This document shows positions 31,143 through 40,794 of a DNA stretch of 64,000 nucleotides, piece after piece (positions within the stretch are counted from its first letter, which is position 1; each line of letters begins with the position of its first letter). The notes below the pieces were generated by a model. That model was not told the DNA's origin. It worked only from the letters and a program-made list of their open reading frames with translations, and ran no database searches. Origin of the DNA: Acholeplasmataceae bacterium (GTDB lineage Bacteria; Bacillota_I; Bacilli_A; Acholeplasmatales; Acholeplasmataceae); contig OY763415.1 in NCBI GenBank assembly GCA_963667565.1, positions 288,001 to 352,000 on the forward strand, read 5' to 3'. The position numbers and the translations under genes are program-made.

Positions 31143-31171
31143 AAAACACAATATTATATATTGTGTTTTTT
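31143..31171 (+). terminator. Intrinsic terminator
   Basis: AAAACACAATA-ttata-TATTGTGTTTTTT. Confidence 0.75.
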
Positions 31172-31358
31172 AATTTTTGTTCTTTACAAAAGGTTTGTGG
31201 TAGAATGAGGTTATAAAAATTAGAGTTTTTGTGATTAAATATTCATATTATGATGCACACAATGATTCTGTTTTTATAGACTATGTATTATATACATTAC
31301 AAATATTAAATGGTTATTTGAATTTAAATGAGATAAACGCTTTCATCGGTTTTTTATA

Positions 31359-31386
31359 TTGACAAATATACATAAAGTGATAAAAT
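31359..31386 (+). promoter_or_regulatory. Sigma-A-type promoter of the acc-fab operon
   Basis: TTGACA, 16-bp spacer ending in TGA, then TAAAAT. Confidence 0.7.
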
Positions 31387-31394
31387 AGTAACAG

Positions 31395-31426
31395 TATTTT
31401 GAAATTCAAAATATTTGAGTTTCAAG
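31395..31426. promoter_or_regulatory. Tandem palindromic operator-like sites (TTTGAnnnTCAA), FabT-like
   Basis: Perfect TATTTTGAA-A-TTCAAAATA plus adjacent TTTGAGTTTCAAG, just downstream of the promoter. Confidence 0.55.
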
Positions 31427-31496
31427 TAAGGTGGTGAGGTTTAACACTTATAATAATGACGAGATTTAATGAAATAAACACTTAAAAAATTATGAA

Positions 31497-31955
31497 ATGA
31501 AAGATTATGATACTATGATGACAATAAAAGAAATACAAAAAATAATAAAAGATTTCGAAAGTTCTGAATTAACAGAATTGGAATTATCATTTGAAGACGT
31601 AAAAATAAAACTATCTAAAAATAAATATGAAGATAAACCAGCTGTTGTAGCAGCTCCTGCTCCAACAATTCAAACTGAACATATAGAAACAAAAACTAAT
31701 CCTAAAGGTACTGAAGTCAAGTCTCCACTTGTAGGTACATTCTATCGCTCTGAATCTCCAACGACTCAACCATTTGTTGAAGTTGGCTCTGTTGTTAAGA
31801 AAGGCGATGTTTTGTGTATCATTGAAGCAATGAAGATTATGAACGAAATTACTGCGCCAGCATCAGGTAAAGTATTACAAATTTTCTTAAACGATAAAGA
31901 CGTTGTAGGTTTCGATCAAGTACTTATGACGATTGGTTCGGAAAATGAAGCGTAA
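31497..31955 (+). CDS. accB: Acetyl-CoA carboxylase biotin carboxyl carrier protein
   Basis: SPLVGTFY, EAMKIMNEI biotinylation motif; exact start uncertain. Confidence 0.95.
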   Translation: MKDYDTMMTIKEIQKIIKDFESSELTELELSFEDVKIKLSKNKYEDKPAVVAAPAPTIQTEHIETKTNPKGTEVKSPLVGTFYRSESPTTQPFVEVGSVVKKGDVLCIIEAMKIMNEITAPASGKVLQIFLNDKDVVGFDQVLMTIGSENEA

Positions 31956-33309
31956 GATTTTAGTTGCAAACAGAGGCGAAATTGCTGTAAGAGTTATTCG
32001 TGCAGCAAAAGAATTAGGAATTGAAACAGTTGCTATTTATTCAAAAGCAGATAAAGATAGTCTTCATGTGAAATTAGCTGATGAGGCCGTATGTATTGGT
32101 GGCCATCGCAGTGTAGATAGTTATTTAAATATGAATCATGTTTTATCAGCAGCCATCGCTACTGGATGTAATGCAATTCATCCAGGCTATGGTTTTTTGT
32201 CTGAAAATCATGCATTTGTAGAAATGGTTGAAAGTGTTGGTTTAAGTTTTATTGGACCAACTTCTGATACGATTAAAAAAATTGGAGATAAAGCAACTGC
32301 TAAAGCCATTGCTAAAGCAGCTCATGTTCCAGTTGTTGAAGGTAGTGATGGTGTTGTCCTATCCATTGAAGATGGACTACATATTGCTAAAAAAATTGGA
32401 TATCCAGTGATGATTAAAGCGTCTAGTGGCGGTGGTGGTAAAGGTATTAGTATTGTTTACAACCCAAAAGAGTTTAAAGATGCTTTTTTTAGAACGGCTC
32501 TAGAAGCTAAAAACAATTTTGGTGATGATGCGTTATATATTGAAAAATATATAGAATCACCTAGACATATTGAAATACAAGTTATTGGTGACCAACAAGG
32601 ACATGTTGTCCATTTATATGAACGTGATTGTTCAATGCAAAGAAGAAATCAAAAAATGGTTGAAGAATCACCAAGCCCGTTTATTTCTGATATGTTAAGA
32701 AGAAGAATGGGACAAACAGCAGTAAGACTTGCAAAATCAATAAATTATAGAAATGCTGGAACCATCGAATTTTTAGTTGATGCAAGTCAAAATTTCTATT
32801 TCATTGAAATGAACACAAGAATTCAAGTTGAACACCCTGTTACAGAAATGATTACAGGTATTGACTTGGTCAAAGAGCAAATTAAAATTGGTTTTGGGCA
32901 TCCGCTAAGTTTTGAACAAAAGGATGTTAAAGTTAAAGGACATGCGATTGAATGTAGAATTAATGCTGAAAATCCAATGAATCAATTCATACCTACACCT
33001 GGAACGATTACAAATGTTATTTTACCAGGTGGTTTTGGTGTAAGACTTGATACACATATTTTTCCAAAATATGAAGTGCCTCCTTTTTATGATTCAATGT
33101 TAGCAAAACTAATTGTTCATGCACCTACAAGATTAGAAGCTATTAAGAAAATGAGAGTCGCACTTGAACAATTTGTTGTTGAAGGTATTATTACAAATAT
33201 TGAATATCAGTATTTAATTATGCATCATACAGATTTCATTAAAGGAAACTATGATACTGGATTTATCGCACGTTTCCAAAAGTTAGTGGAGGCGAATAAT
33301 AATGCATGA
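31945..33309 (+). CDS. accC: Biotin carboxylase
   Basis: ANRGEIA, HPGYGFLSEN, GGGGKG, RDCSMQRR, EMNTRIQVEH. Confidence 0.97.
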   Translation: MKRKILVANRGEIAVRVIRAAKELGIETVAIYSKADKDSLHVKLADEAVCIGGHRSVDSYLNMNHVLSAAIATGCNAIHPGYGFLSENHAFVEMVESVGLSFIGPTSDTIKKIGDKATAKAIAKAAHVPVVEGSDGVVLSIEDGLHIAKKIGYPVMIKASSGGGGKGISIVYNPKEFKDAFFRTALEAKNNFGDDALYIEKYIESPRHIEIQVIGDQQGHVVHLYERDCSMQRRNQKMVEESPSPFISDMLRRRMGQTAVRLAKSINYRNAGTIEFLVDASQNFYFIEMNTRIQVEHPVTEMITGIDLVKEQIKIGFGHPLSFEQKDVKVKGHAIECRINAENPMNQFIPTPGTITNVILPGGFGVRLDTHIFPKYEVPPFYDSMLAKLIVHAPTRLEAIKKMRVALEQFVVEGIITNIEYQYLIMHHTDFIKGNYDTGFIARFQKLVEANNNA

Positions 33310-34180
33310 GTTTTTAGATGAAAGAAAAAAGAAATTAGAGTCTTTTAAAAAAGACGTGAGAAAGAAGAATGTTGGTAATGGCCCTAGAGAAATTCCTGAT
33401 GGGTTATTTATCAAATGTGATTCGTGTAATACTGCTATTTATACAAAAGAACTTAAAGAACATATGATGGTATGTCCAAAATGTAACCATCATTTTAAAA
33501 TATCAGCAAGACAAAGAATGAATATTACTGTAGATGAAAATTCTTTAAATGAATTATTTACAGATATCATTTCGACAAATCCTCTTCACATGGAGGGTTA
33601 TGAAGAAAAACTTCAAAAAGGCAACTTAGAAAGTAACGAAGAAACTGCATTTTTATGTGGAGAAGCACGTATTGAAAAAATGAGTGTTGCTATTGGTATC
33701 CTAGATCCTACATTTATGATGGGTTCTATGGGAAGTGTTGTTGGTGAAAAAGTGACAAGACTTATTGAATATGCTATTGCTCAAAAATTACCATTAATTA
33801 TTTTTTCTGCATCAGGTGGTGCACGTATGCAAGAAGGTATCCTATCATTAATGCAAATGGCAAAAACCAGTGCTGCACTTAAAAAACTTGATGAGGCAAA
33901 ACAGTTATATATTAGTGTTTTAACATATCCTACAACTGGTGGGGTTGCTGCTAGTTTCGCTTCGTTAGGCGATATTATGATAGCAGAAGAAAAGGCGATG
34001 ATCGGATTTGCAGGTGCTAGAGTCATTCAACAAACCATTAGACAAGAGCTTCCTGAAGGTTTTCAAACAGATCAATTTCAACTTGATCATGGACAAGTTG
34101 ATATGATTGTTCATCGTAAAGAAATGAGAAAAACACTTGCCAAATTACTAAAGGTTCACATGGTGAAACAATATGAGTAA
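33302..34180 (+). CDS. accD: Acetyl-CoA carboxylase carboxyltransferase beta
   Basis: Zn finger CDSC...CPKC, GSMGSVVGEK, SGGARMQEG, PTTGGV. Confidence 0.97.
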   Translation: MHEFLDERKKKLESFKKDVRKKNVGNGPREIPDGLFIKCDSCNTAIYTKELKEHMMVCPKCNHHFKISARQRMNITVDENSLNELFTDIISTNPLHMEGYEEKLQKGNLESNEETAFLCGEARIEKMSVAIGILDPTFMMGSMGSVVGEKVTRLIEYAIAQKLPLIIFSASGGARMQEGILSLMQMAKTSAALKKLDEAKQLYISVLTYPTTGGVAASFASLGDIMIAEEKAMIGFAGARVIQQTIRQELPEGFQTDQFQLDHGQVDMIVHRKEMRKTLAKLLKVHMVKQYE

Positions 34181-34982
34181 CGCATGGCAAAGAGTACAAA
34201 CAGCAAGACATCCAAAACGCATTACAGCTAAAACATTGATTAAAAATCTGTTTGAAGATTTTATTGATTTAAAAGGAGACAGATTATTTAAAGATGATCA
34301 AGCCATCATTGGTGGTATCGGTATGCTTGATGGTGTTGCGTTTACAGTTGTTGCTGAAGAAAAAGGCGTCAGTACTCAAGAAAAAATCAAACATAATTTT
34401 GGGATGCCACATCCTGAGGGTTATCATAAAGCATTAAGATTAATGAAACAAGCTGAAAAATTCAATCGTCCTATTTTCACGATTATTGATACTCCAGGTG
34501 CATATCCTGGAATTGAAGCTGAAGAACGTGGACAAGCACGTGCGATTGCTTTAAATTTATTTGAGTTATCACAGATTAAAGTGCCTATTTTAGTTTGCAT
34601 CTTAAGTGAAGGTGGATCTGGTGGAGCACTTGCTGTTGGTGTAGGTGATTATATATTGATGTATGAAAATGCCATTTATTCTATCCTATCTCCAGAAGGA
34701 TTCGCATCGATTTTATACAAAGATAGTTCAAAAGCTGCTGAAGCTGCTGAAATCATGAAATTAACTGCAGATGATTTATTAGAATTACATATCATTGATG
34801 AAATTGTAAAAGAAAAAGAAGGATTACATATCAATCCAGAAGAAGGCATTAAACAATTAAAAACATCAATTAAAAAACAATTAAACATCTTAAACAAACT
34901 CTCTAAAGATGAATTGATTGAGAAAAGATACCAAAAATTTAGACAAATGGGTATTTATCAAACAAAAGGAGTATCTAAATGA
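34173..34982 (+). CDS. accA: Acetyl-CoA carboxylase carboxyltransferase alpha
   Basis: NFGMPHPEG, IDTPGAYPG, EGGSGGAL, SPEG. Confidence 0.97.
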   Translation: MSNAWQRVQTARHPKRITAKTLIKNLFEDFIDLKGDRLFKDDQAIIGGIGMLDGVAFTVVAEEKGVSTQEKIKHNFGMPHPEGYHKALRLMKQAEKFNRPIFTIIDTPGAYPGIEAEERGQARAIALNLFELSQIKVPILVCILSEGGSGGALAVGVGDYILMYENAIYSILSPEGFASILYKDSSKAAEAAEIMKLTADDLLELHIIDEIVKEKEGLHINPEEGIKQLKTSIKKQLNILNKLSKDELIEKRYQKFRQMGIYQTKGVSK

Positions 34983-35905
34983 AACCAATGCATATAAAAG
35001 TCGTATCGACTGGTAAATATGTACCAGCTAAAGTGATGACAAATGATGATTTAGAAAAGATTGTTGACACATCTGACGAATGGATTGTAACAAGAACTGG
35101 TATTAAAGAAAGAAGAGTAGCTGCTGATGATGAAACAGCTGCAGAATTAGCTTATTTAGCTGCACTTGATGCAATTAATAAAGCAAATTATGACAAAGAA
35201 AAAATTGACTTAATTATTGTCGCATCAATCACAGGTGAAGGTATGACACCTTCAGTTGCAAATAAGGTACAAAAAAAATTAGGTATCAATAGATGTATGA
35301 GTTTTGATGTGAATGCAGCATGTACAGGATTTGTTTATGGATTAGAAGTTGCATCATCAATGATTGAATCATCTGGATATCGTAGTGCACTTGTGATTGG
35401 TTCTGAGAAATTAACCAATGTCTTAGATTATACAGACAGAAACACTTGTGTCTTATTTGGTGATGGTGCAGGTGCAGCAATCATTGAGCCAAATTCTAAT
35501 CATCACGCTTATTTTTTCAATCAAGCAAAAGCGGATGAAACAGATGCATTAACAGTGGATAAATACATCAAAATGGATGGAAGAAAAGTCTTTTTATTTG
35601 CAGTTGATAGCATGCAAAAAGCGATTATTGAAGTGCTTGAACGTGCAAATTTGACATTGGATCAAATTGGAACAATCATTCCACATCAAGCAAACTTTAG
35701 AATTATTCAATCTGTTGCAAAAGCATTAGATTTGCCTATTGAAAAATTTGAAATGAATTTACAAAATTATGGAAACACGTCTGCTGCTAGTATTCCGATT
35801 GCATTAGATGAATATTTAGAGAAAGAAAAAAATGATCAATATGTATTGCTTGTTGGATTTGGTGGCGGATTCACTTGGGGTAGTACCATTATCCAATTAA
35901 CGTAA
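34979..35905 (+). CDS. fabH: 3-oxoacyl-ACP synthase III
   Basis: AACTGF, FGDGAGA, PHQAN, GNTSAAS. Confidence 0.96.
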   Translation: MKPMHIKVVSTGKYVPAKVMTNDDLEKIVDTSDEWIVTRTGIKERRVAADDETAAELAYLAALDAINKANYDKEKIDLIIVASITGEGMTPSVANKVQKKLGINRCMSFDVNAACTGFVYGLEVASSMIESSGYRSALVIGSEKLTNVLDYTDRNTCVLFGDGAGAAIIEPNSNHHAYFFNQAKADETDALTVDKYIKMDGRKVFLFAVDSMQKAIIEVLERANLTLDQIGTIIPHQANFRIIQSVAKALDLPIEKFEMNLQNYGNTSAASIPIALDEYLEKEKNDQYVLLVGFGGGFTWGSTIIQLT

Positions 35906-35915
35906 GGAGAAATAT

Positions 35916-36848
35916 ATGAAAAATATTGCTGAATTATTAAATATTAAATACCCTGTGATTCAAGGTGGCATGGCTAATATTGCTACTGCTCAACTTGCCT
36001 CTGCAGTTTCAAATGCAGGTGGTTTAGGTTTAATTGGTGCTGGTGGATATGATGTCAACTGGGTTAGAGATGAAGTTAGAAAAATGAAACAATTAACAGA
36101 CAAACCCTTTGGTGTCAATATCATGCTTATGAGTCCTCATGCTCCAAGTATTGCAGAAATGCTCATTGAAGAAGGCGTTAAGATTGTGACAACTGGTGCT
36201 GGTAGCCCAGGTATCTATATGGATAAATGGAAAGAAAATGGCATGATTATTATGCCTGTAGTTCCATCTGTTGCACTTGCTAAAAGAATGGAAAGAATGG
36301 GTGCTGATGCAGTCATTGTTGAAGGTACTGAAGCTGGTGGACATATTGGTGAAATTACTACAATGGCATTGATTCCACAAGTAGCTGATGCAGTTTCAAT
36401 TCCTGTTGTTGGTGCTGGTGGCGTTGCAGATAAAAGAGGTGTCTTAGCAGCTTTTGCACTTGGTGCAAAAGGTGTTCAAATCGGTACGGTCTTATTAGCA
36501 ACCGAAGAATGTCCAGTGCATATTAACTATAAGAACAAAGTGGTTGATGCTAAAGATATTGATACTGTTGTTACTGGTAGAAATACAAAAGCACCTGTGC
36601 GTGTTTTAAAAAATCAAATGGCAGTGAAATATATTGAAATGACTAAACAAGGCTATGATTTAGAAGAATTAGAAAAATTAACTTTAGGATCTCTTAGAAA
36701 AGCCGTTTTTGATGGTGATATGGATAATGGTTCTGTAATGGCAGGTCAAATTGCTGGTTTGGTCAAAGAGATTAGAACAGTTAAACAAGTGCTTGAAGAT
36801 TTATTTGATGGTGTCAATCAATATAAAGATCAATTGGAAGTGTTATAA
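35916..36848 (+). CDS. fabK: Enoyl-ACP reductase II
   Basis: IQGGMA, KPFGVN, EAGGHIG, GSVMAGQ; located in the fab operon. Confidence 0.94.
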   Translation: MKNIAELLNIKYPVIQGGMANIATAQLASAVSNAGGLGLIGAGGYDVNWVRDEVRKMKQLTDKPFGVNIMLMSPHAPSIAEMLIEEGVKIVTTGAGSPGIYMDKWKENGMIIMPVVPSVALAKRMERMGADAVIVEGTEAGGHIGEITTMALIPQVADAVSIPVVGAGGVADKRGVLAAFALGAKGVQIGTVLLATEECPVHINYKNKVVDAKDIDTVVTGRNTKAPVRVLKNQMAVKYIEMTKQGYDLEELEKLTLGSLRKAVFDGDMDNGSVMAGQIAGLVKEIRTVKQVLEDLFDGVNQYKDQLEVL

Positions 36849-37789
36849 TGTCTAAATTAGCAATATGTTTTTCAGGACAAGGAAGTCAGTATGTTGGCAT
36901 GGGCTTAGATTTTATCCTGCATGATGAAAAATCAAAAAGATTAGTAGATCTTGCAAGCAAAAATTTAGGTGAAAATCTTGTTGTTAAATTAAATGATGAA
37001 GATGCATTATCACAAACAAAGTTTGTCCAACCACTCATTGTATTAAAATCAATTTTGGGTTTAGAATTATTAGACCCAAAAAAATATCATATTGATGGTT
37101 ATTTTGGGTTTAGTTTGGGAGAATTTAGTGCATATTATGCATCAGGTATATTCTCATTAGATGATATTTTAAGTATTGTCAAAATAAGAGGGGAATTGAT
37201 GCAAGAAGCAAGCATAAAATATCCTGGTTCTATGTCAGCTATTTTAGGTTTGGATTATGAAACAATCAAAGATAGTATCGATGGTTTAAAAACAAAAGGT
37301 ATTATTGAGATTGCAAATGAAAATGGATTTAAACAATATGTCATCTCAGGAGAGTCAAATCTTGTTGATGAAGCAAACGAAATATTAAAAACAAAAGGCG
37401 CTAAACGTGCAGTTAAATTAAATGTTTCTGGGGCATTTCATACGAAGATGATGCAAGAAGCCAGTCAAAAGTTTATGAATGAAATTGCAAATTTTGAAAG
37501 GAAGCCTTTAAAAACACCAATGATTATGAACATAGATGCAGAATGGTTAAATGAACACGATGTAGATCATCATTTAGCATATCAAATGACCTCTTCAGTA
37601 AAATTTATAGATATGGTGTTAAAATTAAAGAAAGATGGATTTACACATATTCTAGAAATTGGACCTGGCAGAGTTCTTACAGGTTTAATTAAAAAAATAG
37701 ATTTAGATATGGAAGTTCAAAATTTTGATAGTTTTGAACAATTTCAAGAGACGAAAGGATGGCTACAAACTCATGGATTTAACAAATAG
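36848..37789 (+). CDS. fabD: Malonyl-CoA:ACP transacylase
   Basis: FSGQGSQ, GFSLGE, VSGAFHT, EIGPG. Confidence 0.95.
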   Translation: MSKLAICFSGQGSQYVGMGLDFILHDEKSKRLVDLASKNLGENLVVKLNDEDALSQTKFVQPLIVLKSILGLELLDPKKYHIDGYFGFSLGEFSAYYASGIFSLDDILSIVKIRGELMQEASIKYPGSMSAILGLDYETIKDSIDGLKTKGIIEIANENGFKQYVISGESNLVDEANEILKTKGAKRAVKLNVSGAFHTKMMQEASQKFMNEIANFERKPLKTPMIMNIDAEWLNEHDVDHHLAYQMTSSVKFIDMVLKLKKDGFTHILEIGPGRVLTGLIKKIDLDMEVQNFDSFEQFQETKGWLQTHGFNK

Positions 37790-38516
37790 AGTTGCCATAG
37801 TGACTGGTGGAGCATCAGGCATTGGTAGAAGTATTTCACTAGAACTTGCTAAAAAAGGATGTAACATTGTTGTAAACTACAATTCGAGTGCACAAAAAGC
37901 TGAAACACTCATTAAAGAGATTGAAGCATTTGGTGGTAAAGCAGTTGCTGTACAAGCCAATGTAGGCAATTTTGAGGAATCAAAGAAAATTGTAGATTTA
38001 GCGATTGCTACATTTGGTCAATTAGATATTTTAGTTAATAATGCAGGCATTACATCTGATCAATTGTTACTTCGTATGCAAGAATCTCAATTTGATGATG
38101 TGATTAACACAAATTTAAAAGGTGTCTGGAATATGTGTAAACAAAGTGCCAGATACATTTTAAAATCAACACAAGGAAGAATTGTCAATATCTCAAGTGT
38201 TTCAGGGGTAACTGGTAATGTTGGACAATCAAATTACAGTGCATCTAAAGCTGGCGTGATTGGTTTAACAAAATCACTTGCAAAAGAATTCGCAAGTCGA
38301 GGTGTAACTGTCAATGCGATTGCACCGGGATTTATTGATACAAATATGACAGATAAACTAGATGAACAAACGAAAGAAACTTATTTACAAGTAATTGCAT
38401 TAAAACGTTTTGGACAACCAGAAGATATTGCTCATGCAGTATGTTTCTTATCTAGTGATCTTGCATCTTATATGACAGGTCAAACATTAATTATCGATGG
38501 TGGGATGGTGATTTAA
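37773..38516 (+). CDS. fabG: 3-oxoacyl-ACP reductase
   Basis: TGGASGIG, NNAGIT, YSASK, APGFIDT; start at ATG 37773. Confidence 0.96.
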   Translation: MDLTNRVAIVTGGASGIGRSISLELAKKGCNIVVNYNSSAQKAETLIKEIEAFGGKAVAVQANVGNFEESKKIVDLAIATFGQLDILVNNAGITSDQLLLRMQESQFDDVINTNLKGVWNMCKQSARYILKSTQGRIVNISSVSGVTGNVGQSNYSASKAGVIGLTKSLAKEFASRGVTVNAIAPGFIDTNMTDKLDEQTKETYLQVIALKRFGQPEDIAHAVCFLSSDLASYMTGQTLIIDGGMVI

Positions 38517-38517
38517 T

Positions 38518-39762
38518 ATGGAAAAAAGAAGAGTTGTAGTAACTGGTATGGGTTTAGTTTCACCGGTAGGTAATACAGTTGAAGAATCGTTTAACGCGAT
38601 GATAGAAGGTAAAAACGGTGTTGATTTTATCACACTATATGACACAGAACATTATAAAGTCAAAGTCGCAGGTGAAGTCAAAAACTTAAACTTTGAAGAT
38701 TTTATTGATAAAAGAGAAATAAGAAGATCAGATAGAGTGACTAATTTAGGTTTAGTTGCTGCTGATGAAGCATTTAAACAATCAGGATTAGAAGGACACA
38801 TTGAAAATCCATTTAGATTTGCAACTTATGTTGGTAGTGGAATTGGTGGTTTAACAACCATATTTGAAGAAACTAAAACATCTGTTGAACGTGGACCAGA
38901 TAGAATTTCACCTTTCTTTATTCCAAATTCAATCATTAATATGGTAGGGGCAAAAATTGGTATTAAATATCAAGCTAAAGGTGGTAATTTACCATCAGTA
39001 ACTGCATGTTCAGCTTCTACAAACGCGATTGGTGAAGCTTTTAGAGCTATTCGTGATGGTTATTTAGATGTTGTTATCACTGGTGGTGCTGAAGCTCCAA
39101 TTAATGATATTGGTGTTGGTGGTTTTGCAAGTTTGCGCGCATTAGACCCATCAAATGATCCAGAGATTGCATCACGTCCTTTTGATAAAACAAGAGGTGG
39201 ATTTGTCATCGCAGAAGGTGCTGGTATATTAGTTCTTGAAACTTTAGAACATGCACAAAAACGCGGGGCAAAAATTTTAGCAGAAATCATTGGTTATGGA
39301 ACAACTTCAGATGCATTCCACATGACTGCACCTGATGATGAAGCAACCGGAATTACTGAATGTATCAATATCGCATTAAATGATGCTAAATTAGATTATC
39401 ACGATATGGGTTATGTAAATGCACATGGAACATCTACTCTACTTAATGATAAATTGGAAACACTTGGGTTAAAGAAAGCATTTAAAGATCATGCTAAAGA
39501 TTTACTGATAAGTTCAACTAAATCTATGACAGGACATGCACTTGGTGCTGCTGGAGCAATTGAGTCAATTGCAGTCATTAAGGCGATTCAAACATCGAAA
39601 ATTCCACCAACGATTCATCTTAATGAGCCTGATGAAGCATGTGATTTAAATTATGTTCCAAATCATTTTGTCACAAAAGATATCACATATGGTATGAACA
39701 TTAATATTGGATTTGGTGGTCAAAACGCTGCTGTGATTTTCAAAAAATGGGAGGAAGCATGA
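38518..39762 (+). CDS. fabF: 3-oxoacyl-ACP synthase II
   Basis: RRVVVTG, TACSAS, NAHGTST, KSMTGH, GFGGQN. Confidence 0.96.
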   Translation: MEKRRVVVTGMGLVSPVGNTVEESFNAMIEGKNGVDFITLYDTEHYKVKVAGEVKNLNFEDFIDKREIRRSDRVTNLGLVAADEAFKQSGLEGHIENPFRFATYVGSGIGGLTTIFEETKTSVERGPDRISPFFIPNSIINMVGAKIGIKYQAKGGNLPSVTACSASTNAIGEAFRAIRDGYLDVVITGGAEAPINDIGVGGFASLRALDPSNDPEIASRPFDKTRGGFVIAEGAGILVLETLEHAQKRGAKILAEIIGYGTTSDAFHMTAPDDEATGITECINIALNDAKLDYHDMGYVNAHGTSTLLNDKLETLGLKKAFKDHAKDLLISSTKSMTGHALGAAGAIESIAVIKAIQTSKIPPTIHLNEPDEACDLNYVPNHFVTKDITYGMNINIGFGGQNAAVIFKKWEEA

Positions 39763-40178
39763 ATCAAGAAGAGTTAAAAAAAATCATCCCTCATCGTGAT
39801 CCATTTCTATTACTTGATGAATTGTTAGAATTAGAATCAATGAATTACGCTATAGGATTAAAAAATATAACACCTGAAGAATTTTACTTTAAAGGTCATT
39901 TTCCAGATAAACCAGTCGTTCCAGGTGTCATTATCATTGAATCACTTGCACAAGTTGGTGCAGCAGTGATTTTATCAGCAAAAGAATATGCAGGAAAAAT
40001 AGCATACTTCACAGGTATTAAAAATGCTAAGTTCAGAAAGAGTGTTTTTCCAGGAGATAAATTAATTCTTAAGTGTACCATTGAAAGATTAAAAGGTCCA
40101 TTTGGATTTGGTAGAGGAGAAGCATTTGTGAATAATGAGCTTGTTTGTGAAGCTGATATTTCGTTTGCATTAGGGTAA
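39759..40178 (+). CDS. fabZ: 3-hydroxyacyl-ACP dehydratase
   Basis: PHRDPFLL, GHFP..PVVPGV.IIE; ATGA overlap with fabF. Confidence 0.96.
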   Translation: MNQEELKKIIPHRDPFLLLDELLELESMNYAIGLKNITPEEFYFKGHFPDKPVVPGVIIIESLAQVGAAVILSAKEYAGKIAYFTGIKNAKFRKSVFPGDKLILKCTIERLKGPFGFGRGEAFVNNELVCEADISFALG

Positions 40179-40702
40179 TGATTAATCCAACCATTATAAA
40201 ATTTGATACTTTAGAATCAACGAATGATTTACTAAAAACTTATTATGAATCTTTTCCAGATTTAACATTTGTTCAAACGAATTTTCAAACCAAAGGTAGA
40301 GGCCAATTTGATCATACTTGGGATTCTAATAAAGATGAAAATTTATTGTTTAGTGTTTTACTAAAAGAAGCATATGCAAACAAACGACACCAAATTAAAG
40401 ATATCATCTTAAATACTTTATTTACTTTCTTTCATGAGCAAAAGATTAAAGTTCATTTTAAGGAACCTAACGATTTGTTTGTTGGCGAAGAAAAGATTTG
40501 TGGTATTTTGATTGAAACAAGATATGAAGAAACAAATTTAGATTATATGATTATTGGTATTGGACTTAATGTAAATCAACTCGAGTTCAATGGATATAGA
40601 GCAACTTCAATGAAGTTAATTCATCAAAAAGATTTTGAAATTGATGTCATATTTACTCGTTTGGTAGATATACTTATCAATCAATTAAATGGTTCAAATT
40701 AA
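40178..40702 (+). CDS. birA: Biotin-[acetyl-CoA carboxylase] ligase, catalytic domain only
   Basis: STND, QTKGRG, KEPND, KICGIL, GIGLNV; no N-terminal HTH. Confidence 0.9.
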   Translation: MINPTIIKFDTLESTNDLLKTYYESFPDLTFVQTNFQTKGRGQFDHTWDSNKDENLLFSVLLKEAYANKRHQIKDIILNTLFTFFHEQKIKVHFKEPNDLFVGEEKICGILIETRYEETNLDYMIIGIGLNVNQLEFNGYRATSMKLIHQKDFEIDVIFTRLVDILINQLNGSN

Positions 40703-40711
40703 AAAAACAAG

Positions 40712-40738
40712 CACAGTTTATTTAAACTGTGTTTTTTT
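40712..40738 (+). terminator. Intrinsic terminator of the acc-fab operon
   Basis: CACAGTTTA-tt-TAAACTGTG followed by T7. Confidence 0.8.
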
Positions 40739-40794
40739 ATGTTCTTCATCAAATGGTTCGGTTTTGATGGTATAATTAAAATGAGGTATAATAG

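Noticed and set aside
31428..31485. Remnant of a fabT gene (AAGGTGGTGA followed by MTRFNEINT-stop)
   Set aside because: Only 9 codons, and the ATG is too far from the RBS-like motif; not supportable.
37100..37125. FabD active-site GFSLG instead of GHSLG as a sign of inactivation
   Set aside because: The catalytic Ser and downstream AFH His are intact; non-His residues at this position occur in Firmicutes FabD.
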